Shown piece after piece: positions 39,001-50,613 of a DNA stretch of 64,000 nt. The notes under the pieces are model-generated. The model searched no databases, had not been told where the DNA came from, and worked only from the letters and a program-made list of their open reading frames with translations. The stretch is taken from the NCBI GenBank assembly GCA_002633005.1, contig NMRA01000381.1:370407-434406 (forward strand), read 5' to 3'. This DNA is from Phoronis australis (lineage: Eukaryota; Animalia; Phoronida). Numbering within the stretch: the first letter of the stretch is position 1; each line of letters opens with the position of its first letter. Made by a program: the position numbers and the translations under genes.

Positions 39001-42000
39001 AAAGGAAGAAATTCAAGGAGAATGTAGCAGCCATGGAACAAAAGAACTGGAAAAGAGGCAAAATATTGAAAAGTCAAGTGGTTTAGCATGAGAAATTGAC
39101 AATACAACGTTATAATCTCGAGCTTAATTTAATTGCTGTTTGACCTACACACATCTCTAAATATAAAAACATTGATCAAAAAACGGACAATCGTCGCACA
39201 AATGAAAAGTTCATGTTAATTCAGCGTTTGGTCTATTCAGTAAACATCATCAGGTTATATACAATAAGACATCAAGACATATTGTATATAACCTGATGAT
39301 GTCTAATGAATAGACGAAACGTCGAATCAACATCAACTATTTTATTTGTGCGGCGATTGTCCTACTATGGCCAAAAACTGATACACACACAGTACCAAAG
39401 TAAAATGGCAAACTTCAAAACTGCTCTTGGATATGTTACTGAGCTGACCCGCCTGAGGTTACAGCGAGACTGAAAAAGATTATGCGTGCTCCCAAAAACG
39501 TAACACCAGTGATACACACGTCGCAAGTAATGTAGTCCAGGTAACAGAGTTTACCGTTCTCCAAGTCAGCTTTTGATTCCAAAAGGAGGAGCCTTCTTCA
39601 AGACTAAACAGAACACCACCTATCGGAGCACCAAAGGCAGCTGGGAAATAAATAAAGATGTCGCTGTCAGTAAGATACTGACGTTGATGACTAAGTACAC
39701 TAGAGTGTGGCATGTAGGCACAAACTTTATCAAAGATGAAGATCGCTAAAATTCAACCAGAACATTTAAACGCAGTTCGTCAAGTTCGTTAATATGTAAG
39801 CATACATTGATTTCAAAAACAAACAATAATGAAAATATAGATATCCTGATGCCGGATTTGACTCACCAAAAATCACACAGAAGCTGAAAAAATATTTTTA
39901 TTTACCGGCAACGCCAGCGGCAGCTCCACCCGAGACAAAATCCCGCTTATCTCTGTCGGTACGAAAGAAGGAATAGTGCAAGTTGAGTTGTCTGAATGCT
40001 ATGCTCTGAAACTGAAATACAACAGGAAATTTAAGTTGGCATTTGATATTCTGTCTGACTTCAAAGTAATATCTCCAGAAAAACACACGTAGAATACATC
40101 CGACAGAATCCGTGCGACTTTAATATTGTCGGCTATAAACCGATCCGACAGAATGCGTGTGACGTTAATATTGACGGCTATAAACCCACTTCCCATCACA
40201 AAAACAGCTTTTGATTTCGACCACTTATCGTAAAGAACCTGATCTCAATTTGCTGCTCATTTATTGGCGATTTCCAGGCTTTGAAAGAACTGGAAGTTGG
40301 TTATCTCTCCACACCAAGTTAATAAAATTTCAGGTTTTGTCATGACCTAAAATTTTCTGAACTTTTATCTGAAGAAATAAAGAACTGCAAGTTCTTTCCG
40401 AGTCCATAAATCGGTTCTAAACCGAGTAAGGAACAAGACAATGCCAATTTTATAACACCAAGGGCTTAAACCGAAATCATTTTTTTGTCAGAAAGTACGG
40501 GTCCGCTCTGTTTAACTGGCATTTTTTGATCATGAAACCTCTCTCAAGATTTATAACCGTGGTAGAATCCTATTTCTGTTACCAGTTCTAGTCACCAGCA
40601 ATGCGTAGATTCGCCATTTCCAAATTTTGCAAATTTTAGAGTTGGCCAACCCAATAAGCGTAATTTTCGAGAGTAGCTGATGGTTTCAACGTTCTTGTTG
40701 GTAACGGAAATTGAACTCTTTCAGAGTAAGGAATAATACGAGACCGATTTTAGGATAGTGAACGTCCCAATTCGATTTTCATGTTTTAGCCAGTTAAACA
40801 GGGCCAAACATAATTTCAAGCAGTAAAATAGTAAATGAAACTCACACTTTCCATCAAAAAATTGAAAAAGCAACTTTCATTCGCCTATATCTCCTTCAAA
40901 ATACCATATAACCCATGGTGTTCGTAATTAAGACCTCGGTATCTTAGATTTTTAAAGGCGCGCAATTCAACAAATAGTGTAGATGGTCGATGAAGGTGTA
41001 AATGGCGATATCTGTCTTTGCAATATTTCGTTTTCACAAAAAGACGCAACATCCCGTTCACAATGAGGTGCTTATGACCATCTTTGCTACGCCGAGGCGA
41101 ACGCCTTAGCATAATTAAGAGGGCCATTTTTATATATTTATAAATATCAATGCAACTACCCAAAAACGAATCATTACATTTGAGTACGAGACGGCCTCTT
41201 GGCAATCATGGTACCCAGTTGTATCACAAAGTGACCCGTGACAGGCCAGGACTCACCTGTGGAACCCCTGAACCAATGATTGCTCCGCTGTGAATCATGG
41301 GACCCTCTTTGCCAACAAATAAACCTAGAAAAAGACAATACCAATGATTATGCACAACTTTTGTTTTTCTAGCTTTGGAAGACACCACAGGGATGGTGAA
41401 ATTGAACCAGTGGTGGTATTTAGAGGGATCTGCAGGCTTATATCCCAAATACCAAATTGTTGAAACAAATTAAAACCATTTGGAGAAAGTTAGCGGGTAG
41501 ACAAATTTCACAAAAGGAACATTTATGGTCACGAAGGTTCAGATTAAATTAGGGGCGTCCACTCTTGCTGTATTGCTACACTAAAGGACCACAAAGTACT
41601 TCAATGTCTGTCAATAGCCAGACCATCCTCTGGTCATGATCTTGAATCCGCATCCGTCTACAGAGCCGCATTTAACATTTACACGAGGCGCACATGACAC
41701 GGAGCAATGACACGGAACAGCTGATCGGGCGCAAGTATGCGAGTAAACACGACTGACACGGAGCAAACTGACACCGCGGCGGCCATTTTTGCAACCGGTT
41801 TGAGCGGTAGAGCAAGTTAGTTGCACTCAATCAGTTGCCTCGGTGTCAAAAACACGTTCAAACACAAATTGTGGCAAAGACCACAGTTTGAGTGGCTGGT
41901 TTTGACTTTCGCCAAGGTAAATCTGAACATACACAAACTGTCTTCGTGTAATGAACTTCCGTGCTGATCCAATTTTCGATAACATCGTGCAAATGCGACT

Positions 42001-45000
42001 ACAGAGGAGCAACTCGCGCCGTGCCAGGTGTTCCTCGTGTAAAAATGACTTCTATTTATGTGGCATGCTCGAGGGCGGGGGTTGTAGCCCCCGAAGATGA
42101 GGAATAAAGTACTATCGTTAGGTTTCCTCGCCTACAACATTTACCTCGCTGTCGCGTCATCATTAATGTGAGGTTTTCTGTTGGCAAATTTTAAAGCTAC
42201 CGCTGCAGGGATTCTGAGCTTCGCTTTAAGATAAAAATGACCTCCTAATAGCACGACACTGTGTACAATATCCCGTGTATGGGAACATATCCAAGTCTTC
42301 ACACAACGTTACCTCCTGCGACGCTAAACAAGACACCAACGGCCTTTGACAACAAAGTCTTCAGCCTGACCACGTGCGGCACTTTCACACCATTCAAATA
42401 ACATTTAATTTCTGGGATCCCGGACCCTGCTGCCACAGGCTAATGGAAAAAAATAAAGTAAGCTTATAACACCCACTTTTCCACCGACACCGCCACTATT
42501 TATCACAGCTGTCATCAGGACGCTGAAGTGGCAACCATTGTTCTCTCTACACTAAAACTCTAGTAGTCTATAGGACACTGTGAACAAACCTTCAGTTTTT
42601 TGAGACAAATAAAATTCGCAAGGGCCATAAAAACTCACAGACCGCTGTCCCAGAGGCTTTTTGGGCAGACGCAATTCATTTTCTTGTTTACAACAGTGTT
42701 CACGTAGGTATTTCCATTCTCAAAAATAGCCATCAGGGCCCGGTCTCCAATCTCTGTACTCAGACTCGAATCATGCTCAAACTCACACTTCATACTCAAC
42801 TCGAGTACAGACTCAGCTTTGGTGTATTCAATGTCATACTCGAAAAATCTGTACTCGAAATTTCGAGCACGTACTCAGTTTTCGAGTGTACTCGAACTGA
42901 AGTGTATCTCATCTATATTTCGAGTACGATTTTGAGTAAAAATTCGGAGTCTATGCTCAAATTTCAAGTTTGGTATGGCAGTGTGCTTGAAATCGTACTC
43001 GAAAATAAATACGAGCCAGAGAACAAAATATCGAAAGGGAACCAAGAAACACAGCAAATCTAAAAAAACAAGTCCTCTTACCGTATCTCAGCACTTCAAT
43101 TTCAGTTCAGAGATAATAGTTTTCATCTTAAATCTTCTTATTCTTCACTTTATTAACCCGCCGTATCACTGTATGTTATGGCCACCATTCTACCTCTACA
43201 ATTCCTGGCAACAGGCGCATTATAATCCCTTGTCGGCGAGTCATAACAAGCGTTGAAAGCAGTTGTGGGAAAAGTCGTGTGAGAAGTTTGTGCTGCCCTT
43301 ATTTAGGTATGCGTGCCTACGTTTTGTAGGGTTTCCAAAAGACTAGGAGGGGAGGGAAGTTCGCTTCCCTGTCAGGTACATTTCTCATCATAACTTAGTC
43401 ATCTATAATTCCTCAATCCCCAAATGGAATTCCAGATTTTGTTTGCCGATTTCTAAGTAGACGTCTTGTCCCGTTCACTGCCACTGGTGAACTCTGAATG
43501 CCTGCACAAGTATTGTTTTTTTAACTCACGTGCCAAATGTCAACTCACTTGATACATCCCAGTAAAATACAAAGATACAGTATCAAAGTTTGACATCAGC
43601 GTAGGCCTACACAGCAATGGGTTTATGTCAAGACTAAATTAGCAACAGAGATGTGATGTGATAAGCTGTTACATATTTCTTAAGACATTTTCGGGACTGG
43701 GTAAGGAATTCAAGAAGTAAAGCCTAATAATTGCCAAATGTATCAAAGAAATGGCATACGAATATTTATTGAAACTAAAACATGAATAACAGTTACAGAA
43801 CACTCAGAATTCCACGTGATAGACATACTATTGTAGTTGTAGCGACAGCAGACGATAATGTAGGCCTAGTTCTTGGGGTGGTCTATTCCAATAGGGAGCG
43901 ATGAATCAGCGCGGCTTTGCGTGATTTTGCATTTCACATCATAAAGAGTTCCTTAGCAACTCGAGTATGAGTGTCAGATTTGAGTACGTTTGGAGTCTAT
44001 TCGAAACACGACATTAGATACGCTTTTTTGAGTACGACTCCAGTGAGCACGATTTTGAGTATGAAATCTCGAGTATGAGTATGAGTCTGAGTACGGAGAT
44101 TGGAGACCGGGCCCTGGCAGAGTACGGACTTGTGGATGAGGTGAGGGGAGCCATATGAGAATGGCACTCAAAACGGAACCAAGTGGATCAGCTTAGCGAC
44201 AAGTCTGCTTAATGCACTGAGTCAAACTTGACCACCATAAAATTGATATCGCCCATTTTTCAAGAGGGATTTTGCGTCTAAGGGCTCTTTTCGGAAAAGT
44301 GACGGCGCTCTTTCGGAAAATTACATAGCCAGTGACAACGGCGACCTCATTCAGTAGTGAGCTTTAAACGTGCTGTAAGAGAGTGTTTGTGGATGGCATT
44401 AGAAAATTCCGGCAGTGATTTGTTATTACGTAGTTCTCAGTCCTTTGGCTTTTTTATCGTGGACTATAAAACGACTGTTTTGAAATCGAGTATCGAATGT
44501 AAAATGCATGTAAGCCTACGCTTGAGTACTCTTAGACATCCCGCTGAGCAGAATATAAGTCGCCGTTGTTTCGGACTCTTTGGTTAAAGATGGAACGGTT
44601 ACCTGTACTGACAACACCGGTCACGGACTTGAAGCACTTCACTGTGTTGGCGTTTGGCTTCAATAAGAGCATGCAGACCGGCGACGCCTCCAATAAACTT
44701 GAACTTCTAAAGTGAGTGCCAGGCATGCGAAACGAGCCCGGAAAAACCCCATGGATGCTTTTCGGTCATATTTTCCCGAAAGAGCCTCCATGAGGGCTTT
44801 GCGCTGATGGGGCCTCGGTATCTTGTTCTCAACAAGTGGGACCACATTTGATTTTCTCAATGCATATTACGTTACCGGCAGCCCACGAACATTGGCTGAG
44901 ACAACCCACGCAGTATTTCATTGACTGGGACAATGTAATGAAACTAATGCATGGCGTCAAGATCGAGGTACGTATAAACGTAATGAAAAAGGACCCATGC

Positions 45001-48000
45001 GCGCACCCAGCCTTCAATATGGGGGGGGGGGGTGGTGGTGCTCGAATTCCTGACGTTGTGGACCTTTTGGTAACAAAAAAGCCGGCGGATTAAAAAACGG
45101 GGGCGGGCACCACGGATAATTGCGCGCTTGTGCTTGTTTAGTGGACTTTTGTCTCATTTCCTCGGACTTTTTGTTTCTCGGAGGCGGACATTTTTGCCCA
45201 CTTCGCCAAATGAGGGGGCTCGTTCAAGCCCCCCGAGCTCCCCTAGGTGTGCGCATGGGACCCTTAGTGTTCCAAGAAAATGAACGACTATTTTCTGAAT
45301 ATTTGTGTAACAAATATTTACTCTAACCAGAGAACTCAGCACAAATTGCAGGAACAGTAACAGAAATGTTACATAAGTAAATTTACGTTAACGCGAGAAC
45401 GCCAATTGTCTTCTGACTGACCTCTTGCATTCCTGTCTGGAACGGCCAGTGGGCTGCATCGGAGAAAATAACAGTACCTGATTATACAGAGGTCATCGTG
45501 GCTGAATGTATTTGCTATATGAATGATGACCGTATAACTTTACACATGCTGAAACTGTCTAGTATTGTTCTTTCAAGGGGTCGTGCCGCGAAAACAGTTT
45601 CTACAATATTACCTCGTTTGCTGGTCTGTGCCGATTTTGTTCTTTTTGTTTGTCAAGGAAATCCACCGTACAAAATGTTTGAATATTGAGAAATTTGGGT
45701 TTAGCAATTGCTTTTGCTTTGTTCTGACTAGTATTTTAATTCTCAAATTTTGACCATGATGTTCATTTCGGAGTTGTCAGTCGAGGCATTTCCAGCGAAC
45801 CAATTATTTGCAAGTGTACAAGTGTTCATTTGTAAACACTGAAACGATCCCAATCCCATGTAGGCTTATTAAGTTCTTACCGATCAGATTACCTCAGCTG
45901 AAGTTGGGTTTGACCGCGTGTCTGGCGGGAGCAAAATCGACAGGAATTGTATAATAGTGTTCATTCATCGCCGCACTGAGGATGTGAATGTGACTGGTTA
46001 GACGTGGTTACTTCGTGGACGCTTGATGTGGCTCATTTTGAGGTTTGCGCCAATTGCGCGTCTGGCAAAGTTAACCAACCACCGAAGTGTTCGTTCACCA
46101 CACACGCAGGGCTTCTGCGAAATTTTGCAACTGGTTTTGTTGGGCTGCCGGTTGAGTTGATCATTTTTTTGGCCCAAGTAATGATCGACTGTCTCATGCC
46201 CATCAAAATCAAGTTGTCAGGTAGGACTACAAGTTCATTTTCACGCGAGTAGTATTAAGGCCTACCGCATGTTTACAGGAGATAACCAGCTTAAAGTTCG
46301 AGTGTCGTTCTACGGTGACTTCCTTGATCACATCCACCAGACAGTGAACCAACCAGGTATTGATTCCCGAGCATGAGGATACCTATGAAACACTGTGACA
46401 ACCAAGAACACTGGTTACCTGTTCACGCCCATAAACTTGAACGAGGCCTCTGGGTCTATTATGCTCAAAATCACCAAGAACGCATTCGCAGTACACGAAA
46501 CAAGCAATAGGTCTACTATCAATTTATAATGCGGTAAAACAACAACCGAGAAAATCGGACGAATAACAATTATTAGTTTTATTCTAAACAAAAAATCTAG
46601 TAAATGAGCATCTTTCTTTGTCGAGTTGCGTCAAATGCAGCAAAATGCAGCTTCGAACGGACACAACTTCGCAACACATGAAGGCTTAACAGTCAAACAT
46701 GTCACAGAAAAATGCCATTCCTTCAACTTTCGAAAGACTAGTTACAAAAAAGTCTAAATTTCATTTCTTCGAGGCACTATGCAACTTCAACGTTCTTGTA
46801 ATGCCAAGAAACCAAAGCGACAGTTACCTCAATGGCAGTGAGAATACTTGCGATTGTGACGAAGCCGGCATTGAAAAGTAACAACCACAACAAGGAAAGC
46901 ACCAAGCATCCATGTTCGGAGCAATACAAAATGTCTGGTTACAAGTTAAGGCTCAAGTTGGCAACATAAACATGAAACTGTAGAAGTATCAAGATAAGTT
47001 AAAACGCGGAAATACACGAAGAGCCGGCAACTCTTTCGTGAAAGGATACTGTTCTCCACTGTATCATATTTTACTTTAAACAGCTGCTTAACAATGGCGT
47101 CGATAAATAAGGCCACCTGAAGAAATGAATAAAACCTTATTATAAATTAAACTGTTGAATAATTTAACTCGCGATGACTTGAAACACACGGCCGTGCCAC
47201 GGTCAGGAAAATTCCCATCGTTTCCTGGCGAGCATCAAACTCAGAAAGTTAAAACTGATACAATATAGGGTACAATTGACTTTCACTCACACCGCTGTTT
47301 TCTCAGACACAAAAACGTGACGAGACTGTAGCATCTTTGGGATCTTAAAAATGACACAAGATTCCGTGTGCAGCAACAAAAAAGCAGTGTAACAAAAGGA
47401 AACAGATCGCGACTGCTTAGTGCTCAGACTAAGTGGCTGAACATATTAATGTGCCCATTTAAGAAATCTAATGTGGACGAAAGTTTTTTCATCGCGAATA
47501 AGCATATGTCCACTGCGTAAAAGTACAAAGTCTTTTAAGTAAAAGACGAATTTCTAATTAGTGTTTGCTTTAGAACAATGTTAGGCGATGAATAACCGGC
47601 AACTGAAAGTATATTCTGTTTTCTTGAAGTACGAGTCTTTTTAAATGTTTGGTGTATGTAACAAAATAATTCAGCGTTATTCGTACTTGCGTGTGTGTGA
47701 TGTTCGTTTACTACATTCCACTATTTAAAGGGAAGATGGCATGTACCAATCAATTATTTATTATCAACATAATGGCAGAGTTTATGAACTGCTTTCCAAA
47801 ATTCTAATTGGTAAAAAATGGTCGCATAACACGTCATCAAAAGGGTTTAATTTGTATAGTGAATGTGATGTTAAGCAAATATGTCTAATAAAAGCACTTT
47901 ACTATAGATGGCATGGAATTCGACAGAACAATATCAGGGTGACAGGAGAGAGATACCGGTAGTTATCATTTCTAGTTACTTACCAGAGCAGTTAAAAATC

Positions 48001-49859
48001 CAATGAGAAAAGTTACAAACCACCTGATGATTTCCAGCTTCTGAGTAAACCACTGCAACGAAAGTACAACAGCCGCAGTGCAGACATCGGTCTATTTGGA
48101 TAACAACTCATTCCTACCAAGTGACTCGAGAATATGTAGAACAACAAAAACCTAAAAATGTGACAGTACTTGTCCCATTTTTAAAAAAACTATTTCAAAA
48201 ACACAATCATGCCAATGGACGTCGAACAAACAAAGACAGGTATCGTCATTCAGTATCAAACAAGCTCAGTAAACTGAGTTCTAAAGTACTGGGTATGAGG
48301 TCCAAGTATTTGTAGCAATCTCACCTTTTCCTGGTTAAGCTTCCCTATCATAACATTGTAGGGGTAGTTATGACAACGGTCATAATTAAGACTCTGAAAT
48401 TACGAACAAAATCATAAAAATAGTAGGAATAGTATAATTGTCATCTAACAGCATTTTGAAAAATAAAACATGCAATAACTTCATCAGGAGAGTTAACTTT
48501 CCTTGAGAAAAAGTAAGTCTCGATTTTAACAACCCAGCTCTTGGCCTTAAATGTAAGTCTCGATTTTAACAACCAAGCTCTTGGCCTTAAAAGTAAGTCT
48601 CGATTTTATCAACCCAGCTCTTGCTGGCTATAAATGTAAGTCTCGATTTTAACAACCAAGCTCTTGGCCTTAAATGTAAGTCTCGATTTTAACAACCAAG
48701 CTCTTGGCCTTAAATGTAAGTCTCGATTTTAACAACCCAGCTCTTGGCCTTAAATGTAAGTCTCCATTTTAACAACCCAGCTCTTGGCCTTAAATGTAAC
48801 TCTCGATTTTAACAACCCAGCTCTTGACAATTACGAAATGGGAAGTGGCACATCATCGCAACCAAACATTTCATATAAAATGCTATGAATCTGACACTAT
48901 TCAAAAGAATGGAGGGGTTTGGGAGAGCAACCACAATCTAGTAGAAGTCTAAATCTCCACTAATTAACGAAAATTTAAGGACATCATCATTTCAATAAGA
49001 AGTGTGTGAAATCAAACAGACCTCATAATCCTTCACAGGTAGCAGATTGCCTTCCACGTGACTCGAAAACAAAGCGGTCTGGAAACAGACAACATTTTAC
49101 ATAAGCATAAGAACAAGAGTCAGAGTACAATTTCTGAATGCAGGCCCATAGGCTCACTCACTTGTGGCCAGAGACTCGGTATATGCTTTTGCGCAAGTTG
49201 ATGTGCTGCTTTCGACAAAAGTGGAGCTTAACTTTTCCGTTTATTTCCTTTCGTTCCAGACTACCAAACAAAACAAATTTATAAATTAGCACATTTGCCG
49301 TTTTGCCAACTGGTGCAGCATTAAATTTTGACTCCGTGAATAATGCCTCCAAGGTTGAAAAACAAGACTTTTGATGGTAGTACTTTAAATGTGTAATTTT
49401 CAACAAAGTTGGATGAAAAATGACTCCTCATTGTTGAACATTGTGTTATCAGGTCATTGAAAATATGTTGGCAAGGGAGACATGTACAAACGACTATTCA
49501 CTAATTAGCATCGCAAATGGTTTAGGGTCAAGGCCAGGCACGTCGTCCGCCGTGCGCAAAGGAAGGAGGGAAGGGGGGCATCAAAATTTTACATCATACT
49601 AACTTCATTGTATGCTTATTCTTTATAATAACATGGGTCAAACTACTATAATAAGCAATATGCAGCAACTTGGAATAGGGCTTGGAGTCGTGCAATGCGC
49701 CACGAGGACTGGCTAGCTGTAGCCAGAGCGGTTCACTGTTGACACACTTACCCCTTCAGTCTGAATATCCTCACTGTTGTCCCGCTTAGGTACAGAAGTT
49801 TCTAATCCATGTTCTAAGTTACTCGAAGAATCTTGGAATCTTCCAAATGCGGATGACAT
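30087..49859 (-). CDS. CLCN6: H+/Cl- exchange transporter 6 (ClC-6), 22 coding exons, ~803 aa
   Basis: Exons 49752-49859, 49022-49078, 48325-48393, 47984-48052, 47050-47116, 46828-46934, 42313-42439, 41257-41324, 39906-40011, 39555-39640, 38933-39046, 37492-37661, 36851-36938, 35358-35484, 34034-34187, 33000-33159, 32608-32714, 32163-32322, 31446-31592, 30880-30987, 30303-30428 and 30087-30173 join in frame. Motifs GSGIPE, GKEGP, FSLEE and GLFVP, two CBS domains, and ClC-6-type segments LPVKDYESLNYD and CHLWSAVDL. Confidence 0.95.
34290..35250. mobile_element. Older Helentron/HINE-like copy in a CLCN6 intron
   Basis: gttgaaatgcg start motif, degenerate ~150-bp units and a cggacgccggacggacgg microsatellite, as at 58199-59879. 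Confidence 0.6.
35859..35950. repeat. Tandem repeat, 30 bp x 3
   Basis: attaagccaaaaataatacatgtgagg unit. Confidence 0.8.
37074..37330. mobile_element. ~257-bp MITE-like inverted repeat
   Basis: ~45-bp imperfect arms with exact core ctctaaattccagctgt / acagctggaatttagag. Confidence 0.6.
37342..37446. repeat. Tandem repeat, 34 bp x 3
   Basis: cgtggaagtagtccacatgt... unit. Confidence 0.85.
37765..38600. mobile_element. Degenerate Helentron/HINE-like copy
   Basis: aacaagagcaacacaaggttgaaatgc matches the end at 58199. Degenerate units (gtcgaaatccatccgaaaaatcg) follow. Confidence 0.45.
39185..39362. repeat. ~178-bp hairpin of two inverted Penelope-like ends with hammerhead-like cores
   Basis: Arms ggacaatcgtcgcacaaat...catcaggttatatacaata and tattgtatataacctgatg...atttgtgcggcgattgtcc. 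Confidence 0.75.
42734..44116. mobile_element. 1.38-kb non-autonomous hAT-like element
   Basis: ~34-bp TIR CAGGGCCCGGTCTCCAATCTC(T/C)GTACTCAGACTC, with dense subterminal (T)ACTC(G/A) repeats at both ends. No clear TSD. Confidence 0.75.
44996..45257. mobile_element. CATGCGCG-ended MITE with 5-bp TSD
   Basis: CATGCGCGCACC / GGTGTGCGCATG, with GGACC on both sides. A related inverted copy ends at ~22234. Confidence 0.8.
46935..47049 (-). other. U12-type (minor spliceosome) GT-AG intron of CLCN6
   Basis: 5' splice site GTATCCTTT. Branch point GCCTTAAC lies 10 nt before the 3' end. Confidence 0.88.
48508..48826. repeat. Minisatellite, 40 bp x ~8
   Basis: taaatgtaagtctcgattttaacaacc(c/a)agctcttggcct unit. 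Confidence 0.95.
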
Positions 49860-50122
49860 AACTAGATAACCAGCGCGTCGATGCTAAATCAAAACCGCCC
49901 TCATGTCAACAAGGAAGTGAAGATGAAGGTTAAAGGTCACATCTATCGCCTCTGGTGGCAGACTTAGGAACTAGAATTATTGTAAGAACGGGTGACGTCA
50001 TCAATTACTGCACACTTCGTGTTTGCAGTTGTCAAGAGCAACAGCAACTCAGTTACTGTTCTGTAAGCAAGCAACCACTGTCAGACGTTGTATTGGTTCT
50101 CGACGCTTTCAGTACCGAGCAG
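49860..50122. promoter_or_regulatory. Putative bidirectional promoter CLCN6/PPP1R32 with CRE and RFX X-box
   Basis: TGACGTCA at 49993-50000 and GTTGTCAAGAGCAAC at 50028-50042. Likely UTR-exon donor AG|gtaatt at 50122/50123. Confidence 0.55.
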
Positions 50123-50613
50123 GTAATTTCTCACTCATTTTGCATCTTGTATCACTCAGAAAAGCGAGAATGTATAACTTGAATCAATGCAAATTTATTA
50201 GCTGCTCAGTTTTGACAAGTATTTTTGCTGTCATTCAGTCAGAATACAATAGTGGGGATGTACTTGTCAGGTGTTGCCTTGACAAACATTATGCAGCTAG
50301 CTGCCTGGTTGGTGTTTCCACAGCCAATACTTTGGCAGCAATGCCTGATCTCAGTTATAGTTTGAGTACCTGACTCGATCGAGTTCACTAGTCAAGACAG
50401 TGAAAAGTTAGCTACTGAGCTGTATGAAGGCTAGTGAAAAGTGTCACTAGGCGTCAACATGTGGCAGCCTTCATTTCAAGCCTGCCTGCTTTCTGCACAC
50501 ATATTTGGCCTCTCATTCACATTGCCAGTAAAATGTTAGTAAAGGTAACCGTACGTATATATTTCAACAGTGGACCATATTTCTGTTAATTTGCCTGTTT
50601 CTTTTCAGACACA

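Noticed and set aside
48508-48826. CRISPR-like array of ~40-bp repeats
   Set aside because: The units are contiguous with no unique spacers, there are no cas genes, and the array lies in a eukaryotic intron. It is a minisatellite, as is 5191-5342.
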